DNA from: Candidatus Doudnabacteria bacterium
Lineage (GTDB): Bacteria; Patescibacteriota; Doudnabacteria; UBA920
Reading direction: 5' to 3'
Length of the DNA: 64,000 bases
Assembly (NCBI GenBank): GCA_003151625.1
Contig: PLYC01000020.1
Span: forward strand, 28,981 to 92,980
Both the position numbers and the translations under genes were made by a program. The stretch's first letter is position 1. Each line of letters starts with the position of its first letter. The notes under the pieces were generated by a model. That model did no database searches. It had not been told where the DNA came from and saw nothing but the letters and a program-made list of their open reading frames with translations. Shown here piece after piece: positions 47,055-56,218 of this stretch.

Positions 47055-49742
47055 ATGCTAAAAAAATTATTTTATATAATTTTATTCTCCAGTTTGATTT
47101 TTGCTCCTTTAGCCCATGCCTGGATGATGGTGCAGTTTTTTGACATCACTGTTAATGAAAATTCTGTAGGAGGAGATGCTAATTTTAGTTTTCATATTCA
47201 AGAGTACAGTCATGATCAATATAATAATTTAGTATTATCTTTAAATAAAGATTTTAATATCCAAACTAGCGGGGGCTCGGGCTCTAATTTTACAAGTACT
47301 GTGACTGGCAGTAGCTATTATATTACCCAAGATCCTTTGCCTGGCTGGCAGAATATCGGCATAGCATGTCTAAGCGATAATCCTCTAGTAACCACAACAC
47401 CCATAACTAATGGAGTTTTAATAACCCCTGTTTCTTTTAGTTCCATTACCTGCAATTTTACCAATTCCAAACAAAATTCTAAAACGCCAGTGTTAATAAT
47501 CCCTGGAACATTGGGAACGGAAATTTGGAATGGGGGAGAAAGACTTTGGTTTAATTTGGACAAAATGAAAAATCCGTTAGACGGCAACTCGTTTATGGAT
47601 CCGCTGGCATTTAAGCCCGATGGAACGCCGTTAATCACAGGTCTAATTGCAAATCCAGTTTTGGGACAACCTGTAGAGTCTTTTGATTACTCCAAAGCCT
47701 TAATTACCGACCTTCAAAACCAAGGCTATACTTTAAACAAAGACTTGTTTTTATTCCCGTATGATTGGCGGGATGAAATTGCCAAGAATGCCAATACGTT
47801 TTTGAAACAGCAGATAGACAGTATTTTGGCCTCCACTACGGCATCTAGTCTAAATGTAATCGCACATAGCCAGGGTGGCTTGCTCATAAAAAAGTTGCTT
47901 TACGACAACCCTAATTATGAGCAAAAGATTAATAAATTAATTTTTGTCGGCACGCCAAACCTGGGAACGCCAAGTTCGGCAAAAATTTTATTTTACGGCG
48001 ATGATTTAGGGGTTGCAAAAGCGGGCATTGCGTTACTTAACCCCATGGAAGTAAAGAAAATAAGCCAAAATATGCCCGCTATTTATGAAATGTTGCCAAG
48101 CCGGGAATACTTTAATCATAGCAATGGTTACTTGGGGCAGCATGGCCTTTTTGGCGGAGAGATTAACAATTATGATAATAGTAAAAATTTGCTTAAGTCA
48201 TCCATCTACGGACTTAATAGTGGTTTAATTGATTCTGCAGAAAATTTTCACACATCGGCTTTTGACAACTTTGATTTGACCAACAGTGGTATTAAAACCT
48301 ATAGCATTATGGGTTGTGAATCTCCGACCATAGGAAGGGTATTTGTAAACGGGGCGGACTATGATAATAATTTGCAATATGTCCCGGGCGATGGAACCGT
48401 ACCTTTGGTTTCCGCAAGCAACATTGGCGGGGCGACCGATTATTTTATTTTAAACCCAGACGATATCCACTCCACAATGCTGACATTAGACAGTAGCAGA
48501 AAAAAAATTGAAAATATTCTTGAAGACGATACATCATCTGTTGCAGGTATTACCACTAACCCAGCCCTTTGTGTTTATAAAGGAAATAAAGTTTCGGTTC
48601 ACAGCCCGGCGAATTTAGAGATTTATGACGAGAACGGCGACCATGTGGGGCCAAACCCGGATGGGACTTTTGATTATCAAATTCCTGAAGTAAAGTACGA
48701 TATTTTAGACCATAGTAAATTCGCTTTTTTACCGGAGGGTCATACCTATACCATTAAATTGGTTGCCACAAATTCCGGTTCTTTCGGTTTTTATTCTTCT
48801 CAAATTAACGGAAGCCAAACAGATAACACTGCTTATTACGATTCCATCCTTATCACCGCCAGCTCTACGGCAACGGTGGTACTGAATGCTCAAAATAATC
48901 AGACGATACAACTTGATGTTAATGGTAATGGCAACAACATCCAAACCATTCAACCTTCATCAATTTTAAACTCCAATCAATCCCAAGACCTCACCCCTCC
49001 CATTTCCACTTCCACCACAACAGGAACTATGGGGAGCCCAGGGTTTTATCGGACGGATGTAAAAATAAATATTTCCGCCCTAGACCCTGTAGTAGACAAC
49101 AATGCCTCCACAACATCAGGAGTCCTTAAAACAGTGTACTCTCTGGACAACACAGCCACCACAACCTATCAGAGTACTATACCTGTCACCTCCGAAGGCC
49201 GGCACACAATCAGTTTCTTCTCTACAGATAAAGCCGGCAATAACGAACTCCCCCAAATCATTACCTTTACCATAGACAAAACCTCTCCTGAAGCGGTTAT
49301 CCAGTTTAATTCCACTCTTAAAGATATCCAGTTCACCGGCACAGATAACATATCAACTACCTCAAAAGTCACAGTCCTTGATAGCATTAACGATATCCTG
49401 CTCACAGATCAGGCAGGGAATACCACGGACATTAAACTTAAGGAAAAGAACCGCAAAGTCAGTATGCAGTCTACCATCCAGTTTTTAAGCTATAACACAG
49501 TAGCCCAGGATGTTAGCAAAAACACTTTGGCTTTCTTGTGGACATATGATAAAACTGGTAGTTTAACCATGCTTTCCCAGAATGTAGCCGCCAAGAAGAC
49601 CTATGTCATTTTAGCCATATATAACGGAAAAAAGACTTCCTTAGTGGGTATAGACAAAACCGGTGTTATTCTTAAATCCATTACCGGCCTCGACTTACTT
49701 AAAGTTACCACCAGCAAAGGGGATTTAAACTGGAGCTATTAA
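47055..49742 (+). CDS. Secreted alpha/beta hydrolase (LCAT/PGAP1-like lipase/acyltransferase) with beta-sandwich accessory domains
   Basis: Signal peptide ..AHA; PVLIIPGTLG, FPYDWR, IAHSQGG, GTPNLG, GDGTVP; C-terminal DLTPP...STDKAGNNE...IDKT Ig-like repeat. Confidence 0.85.
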   Translation: MLKKLFYIILFSSLIFAPLAHAWMMVQFFDITVNENSVGGDANFSFHIQEYSHDQYNNLVLSLNKDFNIQTSGGSGSNFTSTVTGSSYYITQDPLPGWQNIGIACLSDNPLVTTTPITNGVLITPVSFSSITCNFTNSKQNSKTPVLIIPGTLGTEIWNGGERLWFNLDKMKNPLDGNSFMDPLAFKPDGTPLITGLIANPVLGQPVESFDYSKALITDLQNQGYTLNKDLFLFPYDWRDEIAKNANTFLKQQIDSILASTTASSLNVIAHSQGGLLIKKLLYDNPNYEQKINKLIFVGTPNLGTPSSAKILFYGDDLGVAKAGIALLNPMEVKKISQNMPAIYEMLPSREYFNHSNGYLGQHGLFGGEINNYDNSKNLLKSSIYGLNSGLIDSAENFHTSAFDNFDLTNSGIKTYSIMGCESPTIGRVFVNGADYDNNLQYVPGDGTVPLVSASNIGGATDYFILNPDDIHSTMLTLDSSRKKIENILEDDTSSVAGITTNPALCVYKGNKVSVHSPANLEIYDENGDHVGPNPDGTFDYQIPEVKYDILDHSKFAFLPEGHTYTIKLVATNSGSFGFYSSQINGSQTDNTAYYDSILITASSTATVVLNAQNNQTIQLDVNGNGNNIQTIQPSSILNSNQSQDLTPPISTSTTTGTMGSPGFYRTDVKINISALDPVVDNNASTTSGVLKTVYSLDNTATTTYQSTIPVTSEGRHTISFFSTDKAGNNELPQIITFTIDKTSPEAVIQFNSTLKDIQFTGTDNISTTSKVTVLDSINDILLTDQAGNTTDIKLKEKNRKVSMQSTIQFLSYNTVAQDVSKNTLAFLWTYDKTGSLTMLSQNVAAKKTYVILAIYNGKKTSLVGIDKTGVILKSITGLDLLKVTTSKGDLNWSY

Positions 49743-49751
49743 TTAAGTCAA

Positions 49752-49781
49752 CGAGTGCTTATTCGCACGAATAAGCACTCG
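49752..49781. promoter_or_regulatory. Palindrome 1, candidate ArsR operator
   Basis: CGAGTGCTTATTCG-CA-CGAATAAGCACTCG (14-2-14) abutting the GGAGG RBS. Confidence 0.6.
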
Positions 49782-49790
49782 GAGGAATTT

Positions 49791-50051
49791 ATGAAAGAAT
49801 TAGAAAAACAATTAAAAGCTTTGGCAAACGCAAGAAGGCTTAAAATTTTAAAATATCTGGAAAAGGTTAACAAGGCTTCGGTTGGTGATATTGCCAGGGA
49901 AATTAAACTTTCGTTTAAATCCACTTCCCGGCATTTGGCGGTTTTAAGAGCCGCGGAAATGGTGTTTGCCGATCAGCAGAGTTTGATGGTTTTTTATAGT
50001 TTGGTAAATCCGAAACCTTTAATTGTCAGACAAATTCTTGACCAGTGCTAA
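49791..50051 (+). CDS. ArsR/SmtB-family transcriptional regulator
   Basis: LKALANARRLKIL, VGDIA, STSRHLAVLR, VFYSL; GGAGG RBS. Confidence 0.9.
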   Translation: MKELEKQLKALANARRLKILKYLEKVNKASVGDIAREIKLSFKSTSRHLAVLRAAEMVFADQQSLMVFYSLVNPKPLIVRQILDQC

Positions 50052-50068
50052 TTCGCACGAATTAGCAC
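50045..50068. promoter_or_regulatory. Palindrome 2, candidate ArsR operator overlapping the arsR stop
   Basis: GTGCTAATTCG-CA-CGAATTAGCAC (11-2-11). Confidence 0.55.
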
Positions 50069-50115
50069 CAGAAGGGATAATAAAATATATTTGATCTCGC
50101 AAAGAGGGCGGAATT

Positions 50116-50158
50116 CAGGTTTAATACCTCGTGGCTTGTCTCGAGGAAGCTTTATTTT
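50116..50158 (-). repeat. Dispersed structured element, copy D (5' module only)
   Basis: Reverse complement AAAATAAAGCTTCCTCGAGACAAGCCACGAGGTATTAAACCTG matches the starts of copies A and B. Confidence 0.7.
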
Positions 50159-50217
50159 GAGTTTTTATCTTCTTATGTTATAATAATTGGGCGAATAAAG
50201 TAAAAGGAAACAAAAAT

Positions 50218-50305
50218 AGCTACAATGGAGACACTACAGAAAGCTACAGAAGGAACACTAAGTTCTGTAGGCATCTGTAGTGGGTTCTCATGTAGCTTCT
50301 GTAGC
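50218..50305. repeat. CTACAGA/TCTGTAG inverted tandem repeat in the pilB leader
   Basis: Three CTACA units followed by four TGTAG units, ending just before the ATG. Confidence 0.7.
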
Positions 50306-50307
50306 CT

Positions 50308-52062
50308 ATGGACAAACAAGAGCTAAATACGGCTTTAAAACAAAATAAAATCTTAACCGAGGATAAGCTGAAAATTTTGGAATCGGAACTTTCCCAGGTC
50401 AAAATCCCTACTCCGTGGGAAGATTTTTTAATTGAAAAAAAGGCTGTCACCGAACAGCAGCTATTGGCGCTTAAAAGCCAATTACTTTCGGTTTCGGTGA
50501 TAGATTTAACAACCCTGCAAATTCCCCAGGACGTGCTGAATTTGGTGCCCGAGCCAATTGCCCACCGCCATCAGGTAATTAGTTTTGCCAAAACTAAAGA
50601 TGATTTGTCTCTTGCCATGTCCGACCCCGAAGATATTCAAACCAAAGAGTTTATCCAAAAAAAGACCGGCCTGAAAATTAAGACTTTTTTAATTGGCCGC
50701 ACCAGTTTGGATTTTGGCTTATCCAAATATCATTCCTCTCTGGAAAAAGAAATAAAACATTTGTTTACGCCGTCGTCCAAGCCGCTGTCCGCCAAAGCAG
50801 AAGGGGAGAGCGCCAAAGACGACAGCTTAAAAAAAATGGCCGAAGAAATTCCGGTTATTCGCGTGGTGGACACGCTTTTGGAATACGCGGTGTTTGAAAA
50901 GGCCAGCGATATTCACATAGAACCCCAGGAAAACGCCGTGACCGTGCGCTACCGCATAGACGGGGTCTTGCACGATGTTATGACCCTGCCAAAAGTTATC
51001 CAGGCGGCCATTGCCGCGCGTATAAAGGTGCTATCCAATTTAAAAATAGACGAGCACCGCCTGCCGCAGGATGGACGCTTTAAAATAGAAAAAGACGGCT
51101 ATAAATTTTCTTTGCGCGTTTCCACCATCCCGATTTTTGACGGTGAAAAAGTTGTCATTCGTCTTTTGGACGAATCGGCCAAAGCCATGTCTTTGGACGA
51201 GCTGGGTTTTGAAAAAGAATCGTATGAAGTTATTAACCGCAACATAAAAAAACCGCATGGCATGCTTTTGGTAACCGGCCCGACCGGCAGCGGGAAATCC
51301 ACCACGCTGTATACCGTACTGTCCATGCTTAACACCAAAAGCGTGAATATTTCCACCATTGAAGATCCCGTGGAATACCGAATAATTGGCGCCAACCAAA
51401 TGCAGGTTAATCCTAAAATCGGCCTGACTTTTGATGTTGGGCTGCGGGCTCTGCTTAGGCAGGACCCGAACATTATTATGATTGGTGAAATTCGCGACAG
51501 GGAAACCGCCGAAGAAGCGGTTCATGCCGCTATGACCGGGCATATTGTGTTTTCCACTTTACACACCAACGACGCGGCCGCGGCTCTGCCGAGGCTCCTG
51601 GATATTGGCGTGGAGCCTTACTTAATTGCCTCTACCATAAACGCCGTGTTGGCGCAAAGGCTGGTGAGGACAATTTGTAAAGATTGCCAAAAACCCCTTA
51701 CGCTAGATGACGCGGCTATAGACGCACTGGCCAAAGAATTCCATCTGGACAAGCTTTTGCCAATATTAATTCGGGTTGGCGCGGCACCGGCCAAATGTAA
51801 AAGCTTAAAAGACGTAAAATTTTATAAAGGCGAGGGCTGCGATAAATGCTCCAACACCGGTTACCGCGGTCGTATGGGAATTCACGAAATACTGGAAGTA
51901 ACTCCAACCGTGGGACAAATGATAATGGCTCATAAAAGTTCCCAGGAAATTCAGGAGCAGGGTGAAAAGGAAGGTATGGTGCTAATGTGGGAAGACGGTT
52001 TTATAAAAGCGACAAAAGGCATAACCACGATTGATGAGCTGGTGAGAGTAAGTAAAGAGTAA
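50308..52062 (+). CDS. pilB: Type IV pilus assembly ATPase (PilB/GspE)
   Basis: ASDIHIEP, RLPQDGRF, GPTGSGKST, TIEDPVE, LRQDPNIIMIGEIRD, TGHIVFSTLHTN, CxxC pairs. Confidence 0.95.
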   Translation: MDKQELNTALKQNKILTEDKLKILESELSQVKIPTPWEDFLIEKKAVTEQQLLALKSQLLSVSVIDLTTLQIPQDVLNLVPEPIAHRHQVISFAKTKDDLSLAMSDPEDIQTKEFIQKKTGLKIKTFLIGRTSLDFGLSKYHSSLEKEIKHLFTPSSKPLSAKAEGESAKDDSLKKMAEEIPVIRVVDTLLEYAVFEKASDIHIEPQENAVTVRYRIDGVLHDVMTLPKVIQAAIAARIKVLSNLKIDEHRLPQDGRFKIEKDGYKFSLRVSTIPIFDGEKVVIRLLDESAKAMSLDELGFEKESYEVINRNIKKPHGMLLVTGPTGSGKSTTLYTVLSMLNTKSVNISTIEDPVEYRIIGANQMQVNPKIGLTFDVGLRALLRQDPNIIMIGEIRDRETAEEAVHAAMTGHIVFSTLHTNDAAAALPRLLDIGVEPYLIASTINAVLAQRLVRTICKDCQKPLTLDDAAIDALAKEFHLDKLLPILIRVGAAPAKCKSLKDVKFYKGEGCDKCSNTGYRGRMGIHEILEVTPTVGQMIMAHKSSQEIQEQGEKEGMVLMWEDGFIKATKGITTIDELVRVSKE

Positions 52063-52140
52063 TGACAAAATTGAACAAAATTAAATAAAATTGACAAAAT
52101 TAGGGAACAAGAAAAGTAAGATCTACCTATAACATCCCAG

Positions 52141-52296
52141 TGTTCCATCCCGGAATTTTTTACGTTTAAGCAAATCATCAGCCGTAAAAATATCCGGGAT
52201 CCAGGAAAAAAGTAAAAATAAAGTTTACCACAGAACCGGGCCTCGGATATTTTTCAGACGATAATAATCCGGAAGCTGAAAAATTCCGGAGTGACA
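52141..52296. repeat. Palindromic intergenic element (RPE/REPIN-like)
   Basis: CCGGAATTTTT / AAAAATTCCGG terminal arms and internal AAAAATATCCG / CGGATATTTTT arms. Confidence 0.7.
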
Positions 52297-52308
52297 CAGA
52301 AAATAAAT

Positions 52309-52641
52309 ATGAAAAGTTTTAGTTTGCAACCAAATACGGCAAAAACAAGTTTACTAGCATGGAGTGCGCTTTGGAGTGTGCTTTTAGGATTTCTAATTGA
52401 TGCAGTTTTAGAATTTATGTATTTTGGAAGATCGTGGGACTGTGGAGATGCAGTCGATTCGCTTAAATGTTATGAAAGGGTTAATAAGGTATTTTTTCCT
52501 TTAGGTTATGGTTAGCTTTATGGTTTAATCTTTTGGATTTTAGTAGTTTTAATCGTCTTAAATTTAATCAGATATTTTAAATTTAGAAAAACTGTCACTA
52601 ATCAGGCTTCAGCGTCTAATCAGCGTCCTTATCAGCGTTAA
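52309..52641 (+). pseudogene. Two-TM membrane protein gene interrupted by an in-frame TAG at 52513
   Basis: Frame continues 41 codons past the TAG (LYGLIFWILVVLIVLNLIRYFKFRK...) including a second TM helix. Confidence 0.55.
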
Positions 52642-52737
52642 CCCCGTTAGATATCTCGGGGGGAAAGTTATTCATTAAAAAAGATTTTTACCAATAAATA
52701 TTATCGATCATTTTAGTCTAGAATCTAACGGGGTTAA
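52638..52737. mobile_element. 100-bp MITE-like element with TTAA ends
   Basis: 15-bp perfect terminal inverted repeats TTAACCCCGTTAGAT / ATCTAACGGGGTTAA, interrupting a TCAGCG tandem array. Confidence 0.7.
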
Positions 52738-52748
52738 TTCAGCGGTAT

Positions 52749-53957
52749 ATGGAATTCACATACACAGCAATCGGCAAAGACGGCCGCAAGGAGAGCGCCT
52801 CAATTGAGGCGGCAAATTTGGCCACGGCGGGGCACATGCTTAAAGACCAGGGTCTTTTGCCAACGGAAATTCACGAACACGGGCGGAAAAGCACGCTGTC
52901 TTTTTTAAGCGGGATGTCTTTTATTTCGTTGTCCGAAAAAATTAACTTTGTACAGAATTTGGGTGTAATGCTTAAAGCCGGAATATCCATAAGCCGGTGT
53001 CTGCAAATCTTGGTCAAGCAAACCCACAACAATAAATTTAAGAGCATTTTGAGCGACGTTTACAGCCAGGTCCAGCAGGGGAAAGGCCTGGCCGAAGCCT
53101 TGTCCAAATATCCCAGTGTTTTTCCCAATATAGTAAGCAGTATGATAAAAATCGGCGAGCTGTCCGGAAATTTGGACAAGAGCCTGGAATATTTAAGCAT
53201 CCAGCTCGAGCGTGAAGCCGATTTAAAAAGTAAGGTCAGGGGAGCCATGATGTACCCTTCGGTTATTGTGGGCGCTATGGTAATTATTGGCGTATTGTTA
53301 TCGATTTTTGTTTTGCCGAATTTAATGTCTATTTTTACCGAACAGGGAGTGACTTTGCCCCTTAGCACTCGGATTGTTATTGCCATATCAAATTTTATGA
53401 GCGGCCACTCCGTGTTGGCCATTGGAAGCATGGTGGGAATTATTGTGGTGTCCGTATTGTTTTTCCGCACCCCGGCCGGCAAGCGAACTTTTAGTATTTT
53501 TAGCCTCAACATGTTTGTCATTAAAGAAATTACGAAAAAAATAAATTTGGCTCGGTTTGCCAGAATTTTAAGCTCAATGTTAAAAAGCGGTATTCCCATA
53601 GTACAGGGACTTGAAGTGGTTTCGGAATCTTTGGACAATGTTTTATATAAGGAGCTTTTGGCGCAGGCCGCCACCGACGTCAGGCTTGGCAAGCCATTGG
53701 CCGAATCTTTAGGTAGGAACCAAAAACTTTTTCCCGTTTTGGTGCAGCAAATGGTAGCCGTGGGAGAAGAGAGCGGCAGTACGCAGGAAATTTTGGAGCA
53801 ACTGGCCATCCATTACGAATCCGACGTAGACGACACGTTAAGGAATTTGGCTTCGGTAATTGAGCCTTTGTTAATTTTGGTTATTGGAGCAATTGTCGGG
53901 ATGCTGGCTTTGGCTTTAATTACTCCCATTTACAGCATTTATCAGGGTTCGTCTTAA
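52749..53957 (+). CDS. pilC: Type IV pilus platform protein (PilC/GspF)
   Basis: GELSGNLD, GAMMYP, VGEESG, IEP; three TM. Confidence 0.93.
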   Translation: MEFTYTAIGKDGRKESASIEAANLATAGHMLKDQGLLPTEIHEHGRKSTLSFLSGMSFISLSEKINFVQNLGVMLKAGISISRCLQILVKQTHNNKFKSILSDVYSQVQQGKGLAEALSKYPSVFPNIVSSMIKIGELSGNLDKSLEYLSIQLEREADLKSKVRGAMMYPSVIVGAMVIIGVLLSIFVLPNLMSIFTEQGVTLPLSTRIVIAISNFMSGHSVLAIGSMVGIIVVSVLFFRTPAGKRTFSIFSLNMFVIKEITKKINLARFARILSSMLKSGIPIVQGLEVVSESLDNVLYKELLAQAATDVRLGKPLAESLGRNQKLFPVLVQQMVAVGEESGSTQEILEQLAIHYESDVDDTLRNLASVIEPLLILVIGAIVGMLALALITPIYSIYQGSS

Positions 53958-53961
53958 AATT

Positions 53962-55065
53962 ATGAAATTTAATTTTCTTTCAAAAACTTTACCCAGCATT
54001 GGACTGGATGTCAGCGGCAATTCTTTAAAAGTTGTCCAGCTGGAACAAAAAACAAAACAGCTTAGGCTGAAAAGTTTCCATGAGGCTCTTTTACCCAAGG
54101 GCTTAATTATTAACGATGCCATAGTCGATACCAAAACTTTTGATTTTTTGTTAAAACAGTCTTTGGATAAACCCGGATACGGACGGTTTGATACCAGCCA
54201 TGTTATTGCCAGTTTGCCGGAATCTAAATCTTTTGTGCGCGTTATCCAAATTCCTCAAATGAGCGACGGTGAAGCCAATAATGCCGTGCCGTTTGAGGCG
54301 GAGAGTTTTATCCCGTTGCCAATAGACCAAGTTTATTTGGACTGGCAAAAAATTCCCGGGCAGGCTGGGAACCAAACAGGATTGGGCGCTTCGGCCGAAC
54401 CGGGGAAAATGAATATTTTAATGATAGCTTCTCCCAAGGAATTTGTGGATCGATATTTGGAAATTTTAGACAAGACCGGGCTGAAAGTTGTGGCGTTCGA
54501 AGTGGAATCGCAGAGTTGTTTAAGAGCGGCTATAGGCACAGGCAGTCGGGAGACTTCGCTTTTGGTGGAACTGGGCGGTTTGCGCAGCAGTTTAATTATG
54601 GTTGAGGAGGGCAATTTACAGTTTACCTCCACAATTCCAATTGCCGGTAACACGTTTACCGAGAGCATTGCGCGGGCTCTTGGAGTGTCGAGCAGTAAGG
54701 CTGAAGAAATTAAGAAAAAAGTCGGCATTACCAACACCGCCGAGTATCCTAATATTAAAACCGAATTATTGCCGGTGCTATACAACCTGGCCGCGGAAAT
54801 AAAAAATATTTTAAAATTTCACGGCGAGCATTCCTCGAACCAGGTTGCCAGGGTAATTATTGCGGGCGGCAGCGCCCGGCTAAAAAATTTATCGGAATTT
54901 TTGGCCAACCAGCTTTTTGAGGCCGGCGTGCCCAAGGTGGATTTGGCAAATCCAATACAGAATTTAAACATTACCAACACCGAACATTTGGATCCTTTGG
55001 AAAGTTTAAGCTTTACGGCGGCCATAGGTCTTGCCGCCCGGGGAGTGGACTACAAGGCCGATTAA
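53962..55065 (+). CDS. pilM: Type IV pilus alignment protein PilM
   Basis: IGLDVSGNSLKVV, EAESFIPLP, AGGSARL, AAIGLAAR. Confidence 0.92.
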   Translation: MKFNFLSKTLPSIGLDVSGNSLKVVQLEQKTKQLRLKSFHEALLPKGLIINDAIVDTKTFDFLLKQSLDKPGYGRFDTSHVIASLPESKSFVRVIQIPQMSDGEANNAVPFEAESFIPLPIDQVYLDWQKIPGQAGNQTGLGASAEPGKMNILMIASPKEFVDRYLEILDKTGLKVVAFEVESQSCLRAAIGTGSRETSLLVELGGLRSSLIMVEEGNLQFTSTIPIAGNTFTESIARALGVSSSKAEEIKKKVGITNTAEYPNIKTELLPVLYNLAAEIKNILKFHGEHSSNQVARVIIAGGSARLKNLSEFLANQLFEAGVPKVDLANPIQNLNITNTEHLDPLESLSFTAAIGLAARGVDYKAD

Positions 55066-55091
55066 AACCTTATTCACTATTACTTAAAGCA

Positions 55092-55649
55092 ATGAAGACT
55101 ATAAATCTTTTACCTAAAGCAAAACAGCAGGAGCTTCGTTACGAAATTATTCTGCACGGCCTATGGGTTGTGGTGAACCTTTCTTTGGTCAGTTTTGTTT
55201 TGGTATTTTTAGTTCAGTTTGCCACAAAGTTTTATTTGCAGTATGAAAATTATTCCATTAAAGATCAGGTCGCGCAGTTGCAGGGTCAGGTGAACAAACA
55301 GCAAAATACCGAAATAAAGGCTAAAATTGAGGCGGTGAACAATTTAGTTTCAGATTACCAAAATTTAGCCAGCAGCTCGCCGCATTGGTCCAACGTTATT
55401 AAAGCCTTCGCCCCTTTGCCTCCAGCCGGCCTGAAAATTAGCAGTTTTTCTATAGATCCCGATAAAAGAACAGTGAGCATTAACGGGCTTAGTCCGACGC
55501 GCGATTTGGTAATTTTACTTTACAATAATATTTTAAAAGATACCAATGATTTTTACGGCATAGATTACCCGCTGGAGAATGTGGTCAATCCGGTTAACGT
55601 AAGTTTCCATTTTACATTTAACATCCAGGACAAACTTTTACAGGATTAA
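55092..55649 (+). CDS. pilN: PilN-like protein
   Basis: INLLP motif, single TM, coiled coil; follows pilM. Confidence 0.85.
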   Translation: MKTINLLPKAKQQELRYEIILHGLWVVVNLSLVSFVLVFLVQFATKFYLQYENYSIKDQVAQLQGQVNKQQNTEIKAKIEAVNNLVSDYQNLASSSPHWSNVIKAFAPLPPAGLKISSFSIDPDKRTVSINGLSPTRDLVILLYNNILKDTNDFYGIDYPLENVVNPVNVSFHFTFNIQDKLLQD

Positions 55650-55666
55650 TCCTGAATATTCAAAGA

Positions 55667-56218
55667 ATGAAAAAATTATCCGCAAAAAATAAAATTATTA
55701 TTCTTCTGTTGGCGTGGCTAATTCTAACCGCCGCCATGTTTTCGCAACTCTTTAAAATATTGGACAGCCAGAACCAGGCGACGTTGGATTCCATGGCGCA
55801 GGAAAGGAAAGACTTGGTGCTTTTACAAGACCAGGACGCCAGTTATAAAAAGGCACAGGCCGATTTGCAGGAGTTGGACGGAAAGAATTATCAGCCGGAG
55901 ATTTTTTTTACCAGTGACATTTCTTTGGTAAATGAAATTCAAACATTGGAAGGTTTGGCAACAAAATATAACTTAAAAATGCAGCTTTCGGGGGTTGCGG
56001 GGACAATTGGCACTTTGACTAACGCGGGGACAATTACGGCCATAGGCGTAGTCCCATACGGCATAACTTTAAACGGGGATTTCTATCAGGTGGTTAATTT
56101 TATAGAGAGTTTGGAACACTTGAGTTTTATTACCAACCCCACCGATCTTTCCATTCGAGCCGCCGATAACGGAAATGTTAGCGCCAATATGACGGCGAAT
56201 TTTTACTTAAAAAAGTAA
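55667..56218 (+). CDS. pilO: PilO-like protein
   Basis: N-terminal TM, coiled coil, GDFYQVVNFIESLE; follows pilN. Confidence 0.82.
   Translation: MKKLSAKNKIIILLLAWLILTAAMFSQLFKILDSQNQATLDSMAQERKDLVLLQDQDASYKKAQADLQELDGKNYQPEIFFTSDISLVNEIQTLEGLATKYNLKMQLSGVAGTIGTLTNAGTITAIGVVPYGITLNGDFYQVVNFIESLEHLSFITNPTDLSIRAADNGNVSANMTANFYLKK

Noticed and set aside
52513-52515. TAG recoding or alternative genetic code
   Set aside because: TAG ends intact genes (12019, 35882, 36806, 44117) and TGA also terminates genes; a single nonsense change or error is simpler
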